Source: an uncultured Acidobacteriota bacterium
GTDB lineage: Bacteria > Acidobacteriota > Thermoanaerobaculia > UBA5066 > Gp7-AA6
Direction: 5' to 3'
Length of the DNA: 64,000 nucleotides
NCBI GenBank assembly: GCA_963810205.1
Contig: CAWEMP010000016.1
Span: 140,001 to 204,000 of the forward strand
Shown here: positions 20,444 through 30,316 of the stretch, one piece after another
Numbering within the stretch: the first letter of the stretch is position 1
How the letters are laid out: every line of letters begins with the position of its first letter
The notes under the pieces: model-generated
Seen by the model: only the letters and a program-made list of their open reading frames with translations
Told to the model about the DNA's origin: nothing
Databases searched by the model: none
Position numbers and translations under genes: made by a program

Positions 20444-22602
20444 TCCGGCCGCCGCGCGGCTTCGCCCTCGGGCTCGCCGCCCTCGCTCTCTCGGCCGGGC
20501 CGGCGCCCTCGCCGACGCTCACCGGGTTCACGCCGAAGCGCACGCAGTGGCAACAGGAGTACGAGCGGCGCCTCCTGGCCCTCCCGCAGCCGGCGGAGTG
20601 CCGCGAGATCCACCGCGAGATCACCCGGGCGCCGCGCATCGCCGGCACCGACGCCAACGCCCGCGTGGCCGAGTTCCTCGCGGCCGAGTACCGAAAGGCC
20701 GGGTGGTCGGTCGAGATGCCAGCCTACGAGGTCCTCCTCTCGTATCCGCGGAGCGCAAGTCTCGCGATCGTCGGCGAGCCCGACGTAGCCCTGGCGCGCG
20801 GCGAGCTGCCGATCGACTCCGACCCCGACACCGACGTCCCGGAAGCGGCGCTGCCCTGGAACGCCTACTCCCCCTCGGCCGAGGTCGTGGCGCCCGTCGT
20901 CTACGTCAACCGTGGGAGCGCCGAGGACTACGAGAAGCTCGCGGGAATGGGGGTCGACGTGCGCGGCAAGATCGCGCTCGCCCGTTACTTCGGCGGCTAC
21001 CGCGGCGGAAAGGCGCTCGAGGCCGAGAAGCGCGGCGTCGCCGCCATCCTCGTCTACTCCGACCCGATCGACGACGGCTGGTTCCAGGGCCCCGTCTATC
21101 CGGACGGCCCCTGGGGTCCGCCCTCCCACTTCCAGCGCGGCTCGAACGTCTACGACTTCATCGTTCCTGGGGATCCGCTGACGCCCGGGTGGGCCTCCAT
21201 CCCCGACGCGCGCCGCATCCCGGTCGCCGAGTCCGAGATCCTGCCCGAGATCCCGATGATGCCGCTCTCCGCCCGGGACGCGGCCGAGATCCTGAAGCGT
21301 CTCCAGGGCCCCCCCGTGCCGGCCTCGGCCTGGCAGGGACTCGCCGTGACCGACACGTATCGCATCGGGCCGGGTCCGGTGCGCCTCCATCTCAAGATCG
21401 AGAACACCCGCGAAAGGCGCCTGATCCGCAACGTCATCGCCACGCTCCGGGGGACCGAAGAGCCCGAGCGCAAGGTCCTCCTGTCGAACCACTACGACGC
21501 CTGGATCTACGGCGGCGTCGATCCCTCCTCCGGCACCACGTCGATGCTCGCGCTCGGTCGCGCACTCGGAAAGCTCGCCGCCGAGGGCTGGCGCCCCCGG
21601 CGCTCCATCGTGATCGCCGCCTGGGATGCCGAGGAGTACACGCTGACCGGGTCGACCGAATGGGGCGAGCAGTACGAGCGCGACCTGAAGCAGAACGCCG
21701 TCGTGTGCATCAACGTCGACGCGTCGGCCCTCGGAAAGCGCTTCGCGGCGTCGGCATCGCCGCTCCTCTTCACGGCGTTGCGGGAGGCCGCGCGCGACTT
21801 TCCCGACCCCGAGACGCCCGGCCGAACCCTCGCGGACGCCTGGACGCAGAATCGGGAGCCCGCCGGCGGCCCGGAGCCGCTTCCCGTGGCGATCCTCGGG
21901 AGCGGATCCGACTACACCGTTTTCTTCAACCACCTGGGGATCCCCTCGGCGGACCTCGTGTTCGACGGCCCGTACGGCGTGTATCACTCGGTCTACGACA
22001 CGCACCGCTGGATGGAGACCCAGGGCGATCCGGGCTTCGTGTACCACGCGGCGATGGCGAAGTACGCGGGCATGCTCGCCCTGCGCTTCGCCAACGCCGA
22101 CGCCCTCCCCTTCGACGCCGCCGCCTACGGCCGCGAGATCGCGCGGTACGCCGAGGAGCTCCAGCGGGTCCCGGGAGCGAAGCCCCTGGCCTCGCCGCTC
22201 TCGGAACTCGCGGCGCTCGCCCGAACCTGGAGCGAGAGCTCCGGCGCCGCGCAGAGGTCGATCGCCGCCCGAGTCGCCTCCGACCGGACGGGGCTCACCT
22301 CGATGCGCGATGCCAACGCGTGGCTCCTTTCCCTCGAGCGCGCTCTCATCGACCCGCCGGGGATCCCCGGCCGGCCGTGGTTCCGCCACCTCGTGTACGC
22401 GCCCCTGCCCTCCTACGAGGCCGAGACGCTTCCGGCGATCCGCGAGGCGATCCTGGAAGGGCGGATCGAGTCGGCCGGGCTCCAGGTCCAGCGGCTCGCC
22501 GGGAAGCTCCAGACCGCGGTCGCTGCCGCCAAGCGGGCCGCCGGAGAGCCCGCACCCCTGCCCCGGCCCACCGCCCGGCCGAGGTCGACCGGCAGACCAT
22601 AG
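20440..22602 (+). CDS. PSMA/glutamate carboxypeptidase II-like M28 peptidase (PA plus TfR-like dimerisation domains)
   Basis: GTG 20440 overlaps the permease stop. 720-aa intact [38 protein letters not shown] and [17 protein letters not shown]. The C-terminal helical domain is typical of the NAALADase/transferrin-receptor family. Confidence 0.85.
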   Translation: MIRPPRGFALGLAALALSAGPAPSPTLTGFTPKRTQWQQEYERRLLALPQPAECREIHREITRAPRIAGTDANARVAEFLAAEYRKAGWSVEMPAYEVLLSYPRSASLAIVGEPDVALARGELPIDSDPDTDVPEAALPWNAYSPSAEVVAPVVYVNRGSAEDYEKLAGMGVDVRGKIALARYFGGYRGGKALEAEKRGVAAILVYSDPIDDGWFQGPVYPDGPWGPPSHFQRGSNVYDFIVPGDPLTPGWASIPDARRIPVAESEILPEIPMMPLSARDAAEILKRLQGPPVPASAWQGLAVTDTYRIGPGPVRLHLKIENTRERRLIRNVIATLRGTEEPERKVLLSNHYDAWIYGGVDPSSGTTSMLALGRALGKLAAEGWRPRRSIVIAAWDAEEYTLTGSTEWGEQYERDLKQNAVVCINVDASALGKRFAASASPLLFTALREAARDFPDPETPGRTLADAWTQNREPAGGPEPLPVAILGSGSDYTVFFNHLGIPSADLVFDGPYGVYHSVYDTHRWMETQGDPGFVYHAAMAKYAGMLALRFANADALPFDAAAYGREIARYAEELQRVPGAKPLASPLSELAALARTWSESSGAAQRSIAARVASDRTGLTSMRDANAWLLSLERALIDPPGIPGRPWFRHLVYAPLPSYEAETLPAIREAILEGRIESAGLQVQRLAGKLQTAVAAAKRAAGEPAPLPRPTARPRSTGRP

Positions 22603-22797
22603 AGTCCGCCGGTCACGGTATCGCCCGAGGCGCGAGCGGCATCGAAATCGGCAGGCATGATCCGTTCCGCGCTGCTCATCGCGCTCCTGTCGGCCGCTCC
22701 CGACCAGCCACTTCCCGCGAAGACCTTCGTCGGGTGGATCACCGACGCCGAGTGCTGGAGAGCATCGCGCCGGCGGATTGAGGCGGGCGTTCCCCGT

Positions 22798-23598
22798 TCA
22801 GTTTCGAGCCCCGGACTTCGCGTCCAGGGCGCGCTCGGAGCTCGCGACCGTCGCCTCGGCGGGCGGGCACCAGCGCAGGATCCGATTCACGTACGCCACG
22901 GTCTCCCGATACGGAGGAACACCGCCGTACGCCTCGACCGCGCCCTCGCCGGCGTTGTAGGCGGCGAGCACGAGGTCGGGCCGATGGCCGAAGCGGTCGA
23001 CCAGCTCGCGGAGGTACTTCACCCCGCCCTTCACGTTCGACGCCGGGTCGAAGGGCCGGCGGACGGACAGCCGCCTCGCCGTGGCCGGCATCAACTGCAT
23101 CAGGCCGCGCGCGCCCTTGCGCGAGACGGCCCGCGGCTCGTAGTTGGACTCGGCGCGAATCAGCGCCGAGACGAACGCGGCATCGATGTCGAAGGCCTTC
23201 GCCTCCCGCTCGATGATCGCGTCGTAGGGTGTGGCGAACAGGGGCTTGCGCTCGGGACGATAGGAGAGGTCGAACACCCCGCCCGGGTCGAAGCCGTCCG
23301 GCTCGACCACGACCCTGTCGACGACGATCTCGTCGTCGACGATCCGGTCGACTCGCGCGATGTCCACGCGGTAGCTGCCGCCGCCCGGAAGGGAGATCTC
23401 CAGCTCTTCGGAGAGCAGCTGATATCCCGCGGCCTTCACGACGCGGCCGTCTTCGAAGACGATCAGCTCCGCCCCGGCCGGCGCCGCGGCCAGGGCGAGC
23501 CCGAGCAGAACGAGACCGCGGATATTGCGCCGGAGCATGCCGCACGAAGAACGCCCGGACCGCTCCGGACATTCCGCCGCGGGAGAAAGGCGCTTCAT
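22798..23598 (-). CDS. lytic transglycosylase (SLT domain)
   Basis: AESNYEPRAVSRKGARGLMQLMPATA and AYNAGEGAV motifs. ATG 23598 overlaps the recombinase stop (ATGA). An alternative start at 23538 lies immediately before the signal peptide. Confidence 0.8.
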   Translation of the reverse strand: MKRLSPAAECPERSGRSSCGMLRRNIRGLVLLGLALAAAPAGAELIVFEDGRVVKAAGYQLLSEELEISLPGGGSYRVDIARVDRIVDDEIVVDRVVVEPDGFDPGGVFDLSYRPERKPLFATPYDAIIEREAKAFDIDAAFVSALIRAESNYEPRAVSRKGARGLMQLMPATARRLSVRRPFDPASNVKGGVKYLRELVDRFGHRPDLVLAAYNAGEGAVEAYGGVPPYRETVAYVNRILRWCPPAEATVASSERALDAKSGARN

Positions 23599-24572
23599 CG
23601 GCCCATTTTCGCACGCCCGGGCCTCCGGGCCCGGGGGTGGAACTCGTCGTAGACCCGGCGCAGGCGCCCCCGCGAGACGCTGGTGTAGATCTGCGTCGTG
23701 GCGATGTCGGCGTGGCCGAGCATCATCTGGAGCGCCCGCAGGTCCGCTCCGTGCTCGAGCAGGTGCGTGGCGAACGCGTGCCGGAGAACGTGGGGCGTCA
23801 GGCGGGAGCGGATCCCGGCCCGGCGTCCGTAGGCCTCGATCAGCTGCCAGAAGCGCTGGCGAGTCATGGCGGCGCCCCGCGCCGAGAGGAAGAGGTGCGG
23901 CGAACGCCGCCGGTCGAGCGGCGGTCGCGCCGCCTCGAGATAGCGCGCGAGCCAGCGGGCCGACGACTTGCCGAACGGCACGAGCCGCTCCTTCCCTCCC
24001 TTGCCCGTCACGCGCAGAATCCCCGCTTCGAGGTCGATCGCTTCCCTGGGCAGATTCACGATCTCCGAGACCCGAAGCCCCGAGGCGTAGAGGAGCTCGA
24101 GCATCGCCCGGTCGCGCAGACCGAGGGGGCCCCGGACGTCGGGCGCCGACAGCAGCGCCTCGACCTCCTCTTCGCTGAGACTCCGGGGAAGCGCGACGCC
24201 GACCCGGGGACTGGACAGGTCCTCGGTCGGGTCCTCGGGAAAGCCGAGGTGGGCCGCGGCGAAGGCAAAGAAGCCGCGGACCGCCGACAGAGCGCGCGAC
24301 GCCGACCGCGACGAGAGTCCGCGCGAGCGCAGATGCGTCAGGTACCGGCCGAGGTCGGCGCGAGCGACGCGGACGGCTGCGATGCGCCGGGCCGCCAGAA
24401 ACTCCCCGAACGCCTCGAGGTCGCTCCGGTAGGCCGCGACGCTCGCGCGCGAGAGCCCGCGCTCGACGGACAGGTGGTCGAGATAGGTCGGGAGGTCGCG
24501 TTCGAGGAATCGCGAGGCCGGGGACGCCGGCGGCGGCTCCTCGGACTTCCCTTTCCCCTTCGGGCGGCGCAG
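23595..24572 (-). CDS. XerC/XerD-family tyrosine recombinase (start codon unclear)
   Basis: N-terminal core-binding FLERDLPTYLDHLSVERGLSRASVAAYRSDL. Catalytic part LYASGLRVSE...LTPHVLRHAFATHLLEHGADLRALQMMLGHADIATTQIYT. The frame is open to 24608 but has no ATG/GTG/TTG upstream of residue M at 24104; CTG is at 24572. Confidence 0.8.
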   Translation of the reverse strand: MRRPKGKGKSEEPPPASPASRFLERDLPTYLDHLSVERGLSRASVAAYRSDLEAFGEFLAARRIAAVRVARADLGRYLTHLRSRGLSSRSASRALSAVRGFFAFAAAHLGFPEDPTEDLSSPRVGVALPRSLSEEEVEALLSAPDVRGPLGLRDRAMLELLYASGLRVSEIVNLPREAIDLEAGILRVTGKGGKERLVPFGKSSARWLARYLEAARPPLDRRRSPHLFLSARGAAMTRQRFWQLIEAYGRRAGIRSRLTPHVLRHAFATHLLEHGADLRALQMMLGHADIATTQIYTSVSRGRLRRVYDEFHPRARRPGRAKMGR

Positions 24573-24582
24573 GCTGTGGCCC

Positions 24583-25866
24583 CTACCGCAGCGGCGCGGT
24601 CTCCGGGGTCAGCCGCTGCACGACCTCGAGGATCTCGTGGTCCTCGAGCACGTGGTCGCTCTCCTTGGCGCGGCGGAAGATCGCCTCCACGAGGTCCGGG
24701 CGGGCATCCAGGCCGCGGCTCTCGAGCCAGCACTGGACGTTCGAGAGGCCGCTCATCGGACCGACCTCGATGACCTGGTGCCGGCCGATCATCGAGGCCG
24801 GAACGCCGGAGTAGACGCGGTCCGAAAGCCACTCGTCGCCCTTCTTTCGCGCCTTGATGATCGCCGCGGCGTGCACGCCCGTTCCGGTGCGGAACGCGTC
24901 GCGCCCGACGACCGGGTAGTTGTCGGGGATGCGCACGCCCGTCGCCTCCGACACCGCGGAGCAGTAGTCGTGGAGGCGCGTCAGGTCGCGGTCGATCCAG
25001 CCGAGGAGCTGGAGGTTGACGAGGAGCTGGTCCATCGGCGTGTTCCCGACGCGCTCGCCGATGCCGAGAGCGCAGGCGTGCACGCGATGCGCGCCCGCCT
25101 CCAGCGCCCAGAGAGCGTTGGTGACGCCGAGGCCCCGGTCCTGGTGACCGTGCCAGTCCACCTTGACCTCGGGGTTGATCTCGTCGACCACGCCGCAGAC
25201 GAACGCCACGAGGTTGCGCACGCCGTTGGGCGTCGCGTGGCCGACCGTGTCGCAGACGCAGACCCGGCCCGCACCGGCCCGGATGGCCGTGGCGTACATG
25301 CCGCGGACGTGCTCGGGATGCGCGCGGGTCGTGTCCTCGGTGACGTACATGACGGGGAGGCCTTCCCGCACCGCGAGGGACACCGCGTCCTCCGAGAGCC
25401 GAAGCATCCGGTCGAAGTCCCAGTCTTCGGCGTATTGCCGGATCGGCGAAGAGCCGATGAAACAGGCCACCTCGATCGGGATCCCGACCTTCTGCGAGAT
25501 CTCGATGATGGGCACGATGTCGGCCGCTACCGTGCGCGCCGCGCAGTTGGGGCGGATCTTCATCTTGGCGCGGACGATCTCCTGGGCGAGGCGGGTGACC
25601 GTTTCGACGACGTGGGGCCCGGCCCCGGGAAGCCCGATGTCGGCGGAGTCGATCCCGAGCGACTCCATCAGGTGCAGGATCCCGATCTTCTGGTCGATCG
25701 AGGGACTCTTGACCGAGGGCGACTGGAGGCCGTCGCGCAGCGTCTCGTCGTCGATCTCCACCCGGCCGCGCTTGGGATACACCGCGCCGCCGGCGCGGTT
25801 CCAGTCGTAGATGAGGTCGGAGTCCGGCGGGTTCAAGAGGTCTTCTCCAGGCTCCGAGTTTAGCAC
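24583..25866 (-). CDS. HMGL-like / LeuA-family (2-isopropylmalate or homocitrate synthase-like) protein
   Basis: 427-aa intact ORF. DETLRDGLQSP at the N-terminus of the TIM barrel, WHGHQDRGLGVTNALWALEAGA and GIGERVGNTPMDQL. Confidence 0.75.
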   Translation of the reverse strand: MLNSEPGEDLLNPPDSDLIYDWNRAGGAVYPKRGRVEIDDETLRDGLQSPSVKSPSIDQKIGILHLMESLGIDSADIGLPGAGPHVVETVTRLAQEIVRAKMKIRPNCAARTVAADIVPIIEISQKVGIPIEVACFIGSSPIRQYAEDWDFDRMLRLSEDAVSLAVREGLPVMYVTEDTTRAHPEHVRGMYATAIRAGAGRVCVCDTVGHATPNGVRNLVAFVCGVVDEINPEVKVDWHGHQDRGLGVTNALWALEAGAHRVHACALGIGERVGNTPMDQLLVNLQLLGWIDRDLTRLHDYCSAVSEATGVRIPDNYPVVGRDAFRTGTGVHAAAIIKARKKGDEWLSDRVYSGVPASMIGRHQVIEVGPMSGLSNVQCWLESRGLDARPDLVEAIFRRAKESDHVLEDHEILEVVQRLTPETAPLR

Positions 25867-25876
25867 CCGGACCGGC

Positions 25877-27049
25877 TCACGGCGTCGGCGCGCCGATCGA
25901 GAAGTCCGCGCCGATGAAGAAGGCGAACTCCGGCGATCCCAGGGGATCGGAGAGGCTCCCGCCGAAGATGCCCCGGCGCGCCACGTCCAGGATCTGGGTC
26001 GGGCGGACGCCGGTGGAATCCGTCAGCGTGACGGACTCGTCGCCCCAGGCCAGCCGCGCCCCCACGCGGCCGCGAATCGCCGGACTGAAGGCGTAGCGAA
26101 AAACGAGGTCCCAGAAGACCTCCTTGTTGTCGGACGCCGGATCGAAGCCCTCGTCGAAGGCGACCGTCTCCGTGCCGAGGACGGCGAGGGCGACGAAGGG
26201 CAGCTTCTCGCGGTCGTAGGTCGCCGAGAGCATCAGATCGGAGCACGCCCACGAGTAGCCGGCGGACAGGCGCGCGGCCGCGAGCGTCGCGGGAAGCTCG
26301 GCGTCCCGGTCCGCGAACACCGGAAAGCTCTCCCGATGGACGTCGATGTCGCCGCTCATGTATTCGCCATGAAGCACGAACGTCCACGGGCCGGGCTTCC
26401 ACCGCACCTCGCCTTCGCCGCCGAGAATCGGGCCCGACGCGTCCTGGAAGGACAGGGCGGTCGCGTTGTAGCCCGAGGGCTTCGTCCACCGGAACGCCGC
26501 GGCGGCCTCGAGCCCCGGCCAGCGGTGGCGCCAGCCGGCCGCGATATCGATCCGCTGCGACGAAAGGTCCCGGGCCTCGGACAGCTCCTGGTTCTCGCCC
26601 CCGATGTTGATGACGTCGGTCGACCGGTTGTTCCGCCCTTCGCCGGCGATCTCCACGGAGTCCGTCTTCGTCACCGGAAGACGCAGCAGCAGGGCGAAGT
26701 TTTCGGCGCGGCCGGTCCCGTTGGAAAGCACCCGCGGCAGCCCGAGCTCCGGCTGGACCAGGCGTTGCTGCTCGTCGTGGGACGTTCCGAAGGCGACCCG
26801 TCCCCGCCACTCGAACGCCGGCGTACCGGCGCCGAGACCATCGGGCGCGAACCGGGCAAAGCCCATTCCGACGAGGACGAACTTCGGCGTGACGTCCGAG
26901 GTGTCGACCGTGGTCCCGATGTCGTAGCGGCGGGCGAGCGTCGAGTAGGAGAAGCCGAGCTCCGCGCCGAGGCCCGGCCGGGGAGGCAGGTCCATGCCGA
27001 AGAGCATGCCTGCGCAGAACACGCAGGCGCTGACCAGCTCGATCCCCAC
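25877..27049 (-). CDS. putative outer-membrane beta-barrel protein, unknown function
   Basis: 390 aa. N-terminal hydrophobic signal, alternating amphipathic strand pattern, aromatic-rich C-terminus ...EFAFFIGADFSIGAPTP. No family recognised. Confidence 0.5.
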   Translation of the reverse strand: MGIELVSACVFCAGMLFGMDLPPRPGLGAELGFSYSTLARRYDIGTTVDTSDVTPKFVLVGMGFARFAPDGLGAGTPAFEWRGRVAFGTSHDEQQRLVQPELGLPRVLSNGTGRAENFALLLRLPVTKTDSVEIAGEGRNNRSTDVINIGGENQELSEARDLSSQRIDIAAGWRHRWPGLEAAAAFRWTKPSGYNATALSFQDASGPILGGEGEVRWKPGPWTFVLHGEYMSGDIDVHRESFPVFADRDAELPATLAAARLSAGYSWACSDLMLSATYDREKLPFVALAVLGTETVAFDEGFDPASDNKEVFWDLVFRYAFSPAIRGRVGARLAWGDESVTLTDSTGVRPTQILDVARRGIFGGSLSDPLGSPEFAFFIGADFSIGAPTP

Positions 27050-27052
27050 GAG

Positions 27053-27833
27053 CTAGCGGCCCGTGAACCGCGCCGGGCGCTTCTCGAGGAAGGCCGTCAT
27101 GCCCTCCTTCATGTCGGAGGTGGCCGCGCAGAGCCCGAAGAGCGTCGCCTCGAGGAGCAGCCCTTCGGAGAGCGGCATCTCGAGACCGCGGTGCACCGCG
27201 TCGAGCACGTAGCGGCACGCGACCGGACCGTTGGCGAGGATCGCCTTTCCCATCTCGCGGGCGGCGGCCAGCGCCTGGCCGGCGGGGACGACCTTGTTGA
27301 CGAGGCCGATCCGGAACGCCTCCGCCGCGTCGATCTGCTCGGCCGTCAGGCAGAGCTGCATCGCGCGGCCCTTGCCGACGAGCCGCGGCCAGGCGCTGCG
27401 AGCCGCCGTATCCGGGCAGGATCCCGAGCTTGACCTCCGGCTGGCCGAAGCGGGCATTCTCCGAAGCGATCCGCAGCGTGCAGGCGAGAGCGAGCTCGCA
27501 CCCGCCGCCGAGGGCGTACCCGTTGACCGCGGCGATGACCGGCTTGCCGAGGTTCTCGATCTTCGCCAGGACGGCCTGGCCGCGCAGGGCGTGCTCCCGG
27601 CCCTCCACCGGCGTGAGCTTCGAGAGCTCGCCGATGTCGGCGCCCGCGATGAAGGACTTCTCGCCGGAGCCCGTGATGACGACGACACCCGTGCCGGCAT
27701 CCTCGCGCGCGGCGTCGAGCGCGCGATCGAGGGCGGCCATGACCTCGCCGTTCAGGGCGTTGAGCTTGTCCGGCCGATTCACGGTCAGCGTGCGGATCCG
27801 GTCCGCGGTGTCGAGGAGAACGAGGTCGCTCAC
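27053..27833 (-). CDS. enoyl-CoA hydratase (crotonase), one apparent frameshift
   Basis: NRPDKLNALN, FIAGADI, AAVNGYALGGGCELALAC and ...FLEKRPARFTGR. A single extra base at 27389 separates GGSQRL from PRLVGKGRAMQL. Confidence 0.85.
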
Positions 27834-27834
27834 G

Positions 27835-28691
27835 TTACCCTCCGTACTCGTAGAAGCCGCGGCCGGACTTCTTCCCGTACCGGCCGGCGAGCACCATGCG
27901 TTTCAACAGCGGCGGAGGCGCGAAGCGCTTCTCCTTGTATTCGTCGTACATGATCTGCGCGATCGCATAGGTCGTGTCGAGACCGACGAAGTCCAGGAGC
28001 TTCAGCGGCCCCATCGGGTGGCCGCAGCCGAGCTCCATGCCCTTGTCGATGTCCTCGCGCGAGCCGACGCCCTCTTCCAGCGCGCGCACGGCGTCCAGCA
28101 GATACGGCACGAGGAGGCGGTTGACGATGAAGCCGGAGTTGTCGTGCGTGCGGATCGGCTCCTTGCCGAGCGAGCGCGCGAACTCGAAGACCGTCGACGC
28201 CGTCGCCTCCGAGGTCGCGATCGTCCGCACGACCTCGACGAGCTTCATCACCGGGACGGGATTGAAGAAGTGAAGGCCGGCAAAGCGGTCGGGACGCTTC
28301 GTGGCCGCCGACATCTCGGTGATCGTCAGCGACGACGTGTTGGAGCAGAAGATCGTCTCGGCCTTGCAGGCGGCGTCGAGGGCGCGATAGGTCTCCTTCT
28401 TGACCTCGAGGTTCTCGACGATCGCCTCGATCGAGCAGGTCGCAGTCGGCAAGGTCTTCGAGCCGCGTCGTCGACCGGATGCGCTTCCAGGCGGCGTCGC
28501 GGTCGGCCGCCGGGAGCTTGCCCTTCTCCACCGCCTTCGCGAGCGAGCCCTCGATCCGCGAGAGGCCCTTCTTGGCCGAGCTCGTCGCTGACCTCGCGGA
28601 CGACCGTGTCGTAACCCGCCTTCGCACAGACTTCCGCGATGCCCGAGCCCATCAGGCCCGCGCCGAGGACACCCACGTTACGAATCGCCAT
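27835..28691 (-). CDS. hbd: 3-hydroxybutyryl-CoA dehydrogenase, two apparent frameshifts
   Basis: MAIRNVGVLGAGLMGSGIA Rossmann start, IEAIVENLEVKKE, HFFNPVPVMKLVE, GFIVNRLLVPY. Parts lie in three frames; junctions at about 28570-28580 and 28440-28455. Confidence 0.85.
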
Positions 28692-29010
28692 GTTGCTCCG
28701 CACCCTCCTCCATTTCGGAATCCTCCGGCCCCTCCAGAATCTCGATCTCGCTGCAGAACTCCGAGAGCGTCAGGTCCCGGTCGAATGCCGGGCCCGTGAG
28801 TGCCAGCAGCGGCGTGTTCGGCGCCAGGACGATCCAGCCGTTCTGCGTCCAGTGGCGGACCGTTTCCCGGCACAGGCCGCTTTCGTTCAGGGTCGTGAGC
28901 ACCGCGTTCAGGTCCGCAGTGCCCCGGGCGCGCAGGTCGCGCAGGAAGTCGTCGACCGCGGCCGCCCGGACCGGGAACTCGAGGATCCTCTGCGTCCACT
29001 CCATGGTCAT
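28678..29010 (-). CDS. small cytoplasmic protein with acidic tail, unknown function
   Basis: 110 aa (MTMEWTQRILEFPV...EILEGPEDSEMEEGAEQHGDS). ATG overlaps the upstream stop (ATGA at 29007-29010). The 3' end overlaps the hbd start by 14 nt. Confidence 0.45.
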   Translation of the reverse strand: MTMEWTQRILEFPVRAAAVDDFLRDLRARGTADLNAVLTTLNESGLCRETVRHWTQNGWIVLAPNTPLLALTGPAFDRDLTLSEFCSEIEILEGPEDSEMEEGAEQHGDS

Positions 29011-30275
29011 GCGATTGCGAAAAGATACGGCATCCACTGCGCGCTCGGGTCGTTCGTCGTGTTGTCCACGGTCGCGCCGTAGACGACCAGCGGGCCTCCG
29101 GAGAATGTGATCCGAAGGGAGTGGCCGTTGCCGATCACGAAGCCGTTCAGGAAATCGGTCACCGTCGTCTGCACGAAGTAGTTCGCGGGATAGTCGTGCG
29201 AAGCGGCATGGACCTCCGTCCCGGCGGCGTCGAGCACCGTGACGTTCACGTGCACCGGAGCGTCGAGCGTTCGGACGCCCACGTTGTAGCGATAGCGGGA
29301 GACGTCCGCCGGACACACGAGCAGGCCGGTGACGGCGGCCCCGGGTCCCCCGGTCACGTCGGCCGGACGCACGACCGGCTCCGTGAAGCCGGTCGTACCC
29401 GCGGCGCCCGCGTCGTTGAAGATGCGGGTCAGAACCACGGGCGCCTCGCCGCCGGCCGCGTAGACGTCGATGCTGCCGAGGCCCGTCCGTCCCATGGCCG
29501 CGACGACGTCGTGCCAGGCGAAAGACTGTCCCGGGGCGAGGGAGAAGCCCATCTCCGGATCCCCGGGCGACGCCGACACGCCTGCCGGATGGAAAACGAA
29601 ATGGCCGGAGATCGGCGTGAACCCCGGGTTCACGATCTGGACCGACGTCCTGAAGAACGAGCCGAAGCTCCCGGGCGACGAGCCGGCCACCGTGATGTAT
29701 CCGACCAGCTCCTCGGCGGGGGCGGAGGACAGGCCGAACGCGACGTTGTCGACCAGGGCCGAGAGCGTGCCGCCCGCCTCGATCTTGTCGATGCCGACCT
29801 GCACAAGGGCCGAGGTCGCGCCCGCCGGGGCCGTGAAGGTGTCGCTGTCGGCGATCCACGTCCCGCGTGTCGCCGTCTCGGTCAGCAGGGCGCTTCCGCT
29901 GATGTACCCCTGGCAGACCGGACCCGGAGTCCAGTACACGACGGTTTCGGCCCAGCCGGTCGTGGTCTCCCCCTCGGTGAACCGCACGTCGGCCGCGAGG
30001 GTATAGCTCGCGCCCGCGATGACCGGAACGCACTGCGTCAGCAGTGTGACGAGCACTCCTCCGACGGCGCTGGTGCTGGTCAGAGACGCCGACCCCGACG
30101 ACGGCGAGCCGGCGGAGTCCTGAGAGGACCAGGCCGACGCGCCCCCGTCCACGATGTCGTGGTGCCAGGCCTCGAGGCTCGAAGCGAAACCGCCGTCGGC
30201 CACGAGGTTCTGGGCGAGCGCGGCCGCCGCCGCGAAGGTGAGCAGGGCCCCGATTCCCGCGATACGACCACGCAT
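29007..30275 (-). CDS. secreted two-domain protein, unknown function (N-terminal jelly-roll/CBM-like region)
   Basis: Signal peptide MRGRIAGIGALLTFAAAAALA. N-terminal ~160 aa resembles CBM4/9-type binding modules (NLVADGGFASSLEAW...VDNVAFG). The C-terminal ~250 aa is not recognised. Intact. Confidence 0.6.
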   Translation of the reverse strand: MRGRIAGIGALLTFAAAAALAQNLVADGGFASSLEAWHHDIVDGGASAWSSQDSAGSPSSGSASLTSTSAVGGVLVTLLTQCVPVIAGASYTLAADVRFTEGETTTGWAETVVYWTPGPVCQGYISGSALLTETATRGTWIADSDTFTAPAGATSALVQVGIDKIEAGGTLSALVDNVAFGLSSAPAEELVGYITVAGSSPGSFGSFFRTSVQIVNPGFTPISGHFVFHPAGVSASPGDPEMGFSLAPGQSFAWHDVVAAMGRTGLGSIDVYAAGGEAPVVLTRIFNDAGAAGTTGFTEPVVRPADVTGGPGAAVTGLLVCPADVSRYRYNVGVRTLDAPVHVNVTVLDAAGTEVHAASHDYPANYFVQTTVTDFLNGFVIGNGHSLRITFSGGPLVVYGATVDNTTNDPSAQWMPYLFAIA

Positions 30276-30316
30276 GACGGTCCTCTTTGCTGGAAAACGC
30301 CGCGCTCGATCCGGGA

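Noticed and set aside
17058-22781. 1907-aa ORF spanning six genes
   Set aside because: An artefact of stop-poor GC-rich sequence. Only segments of it (kal start, permease 5' part) coincide with real coding frames, and most of the translation is Arg/Pro/Gly/Ala low-complexity.
22798-24572. Tyrosine recombinase as an integrase marking a genomic island or prophage boundary
   Set aside because: It has XerC/XerD-type two-domain architecture. There is no flanking tRNA, direct repeats, phage genes or compositional break, and the neighbours are housekeeping-like.
25860-27833. 657-aa ORF fusing crotonase to downstream sequence
   Set aside because: Only the first ~145 aa are crotonase-like. After the single-base frame change at 27389 the genuine protein continues in the frame of track ORF 27053..27700, and the rest is off-frame over the barrel-protein gene.
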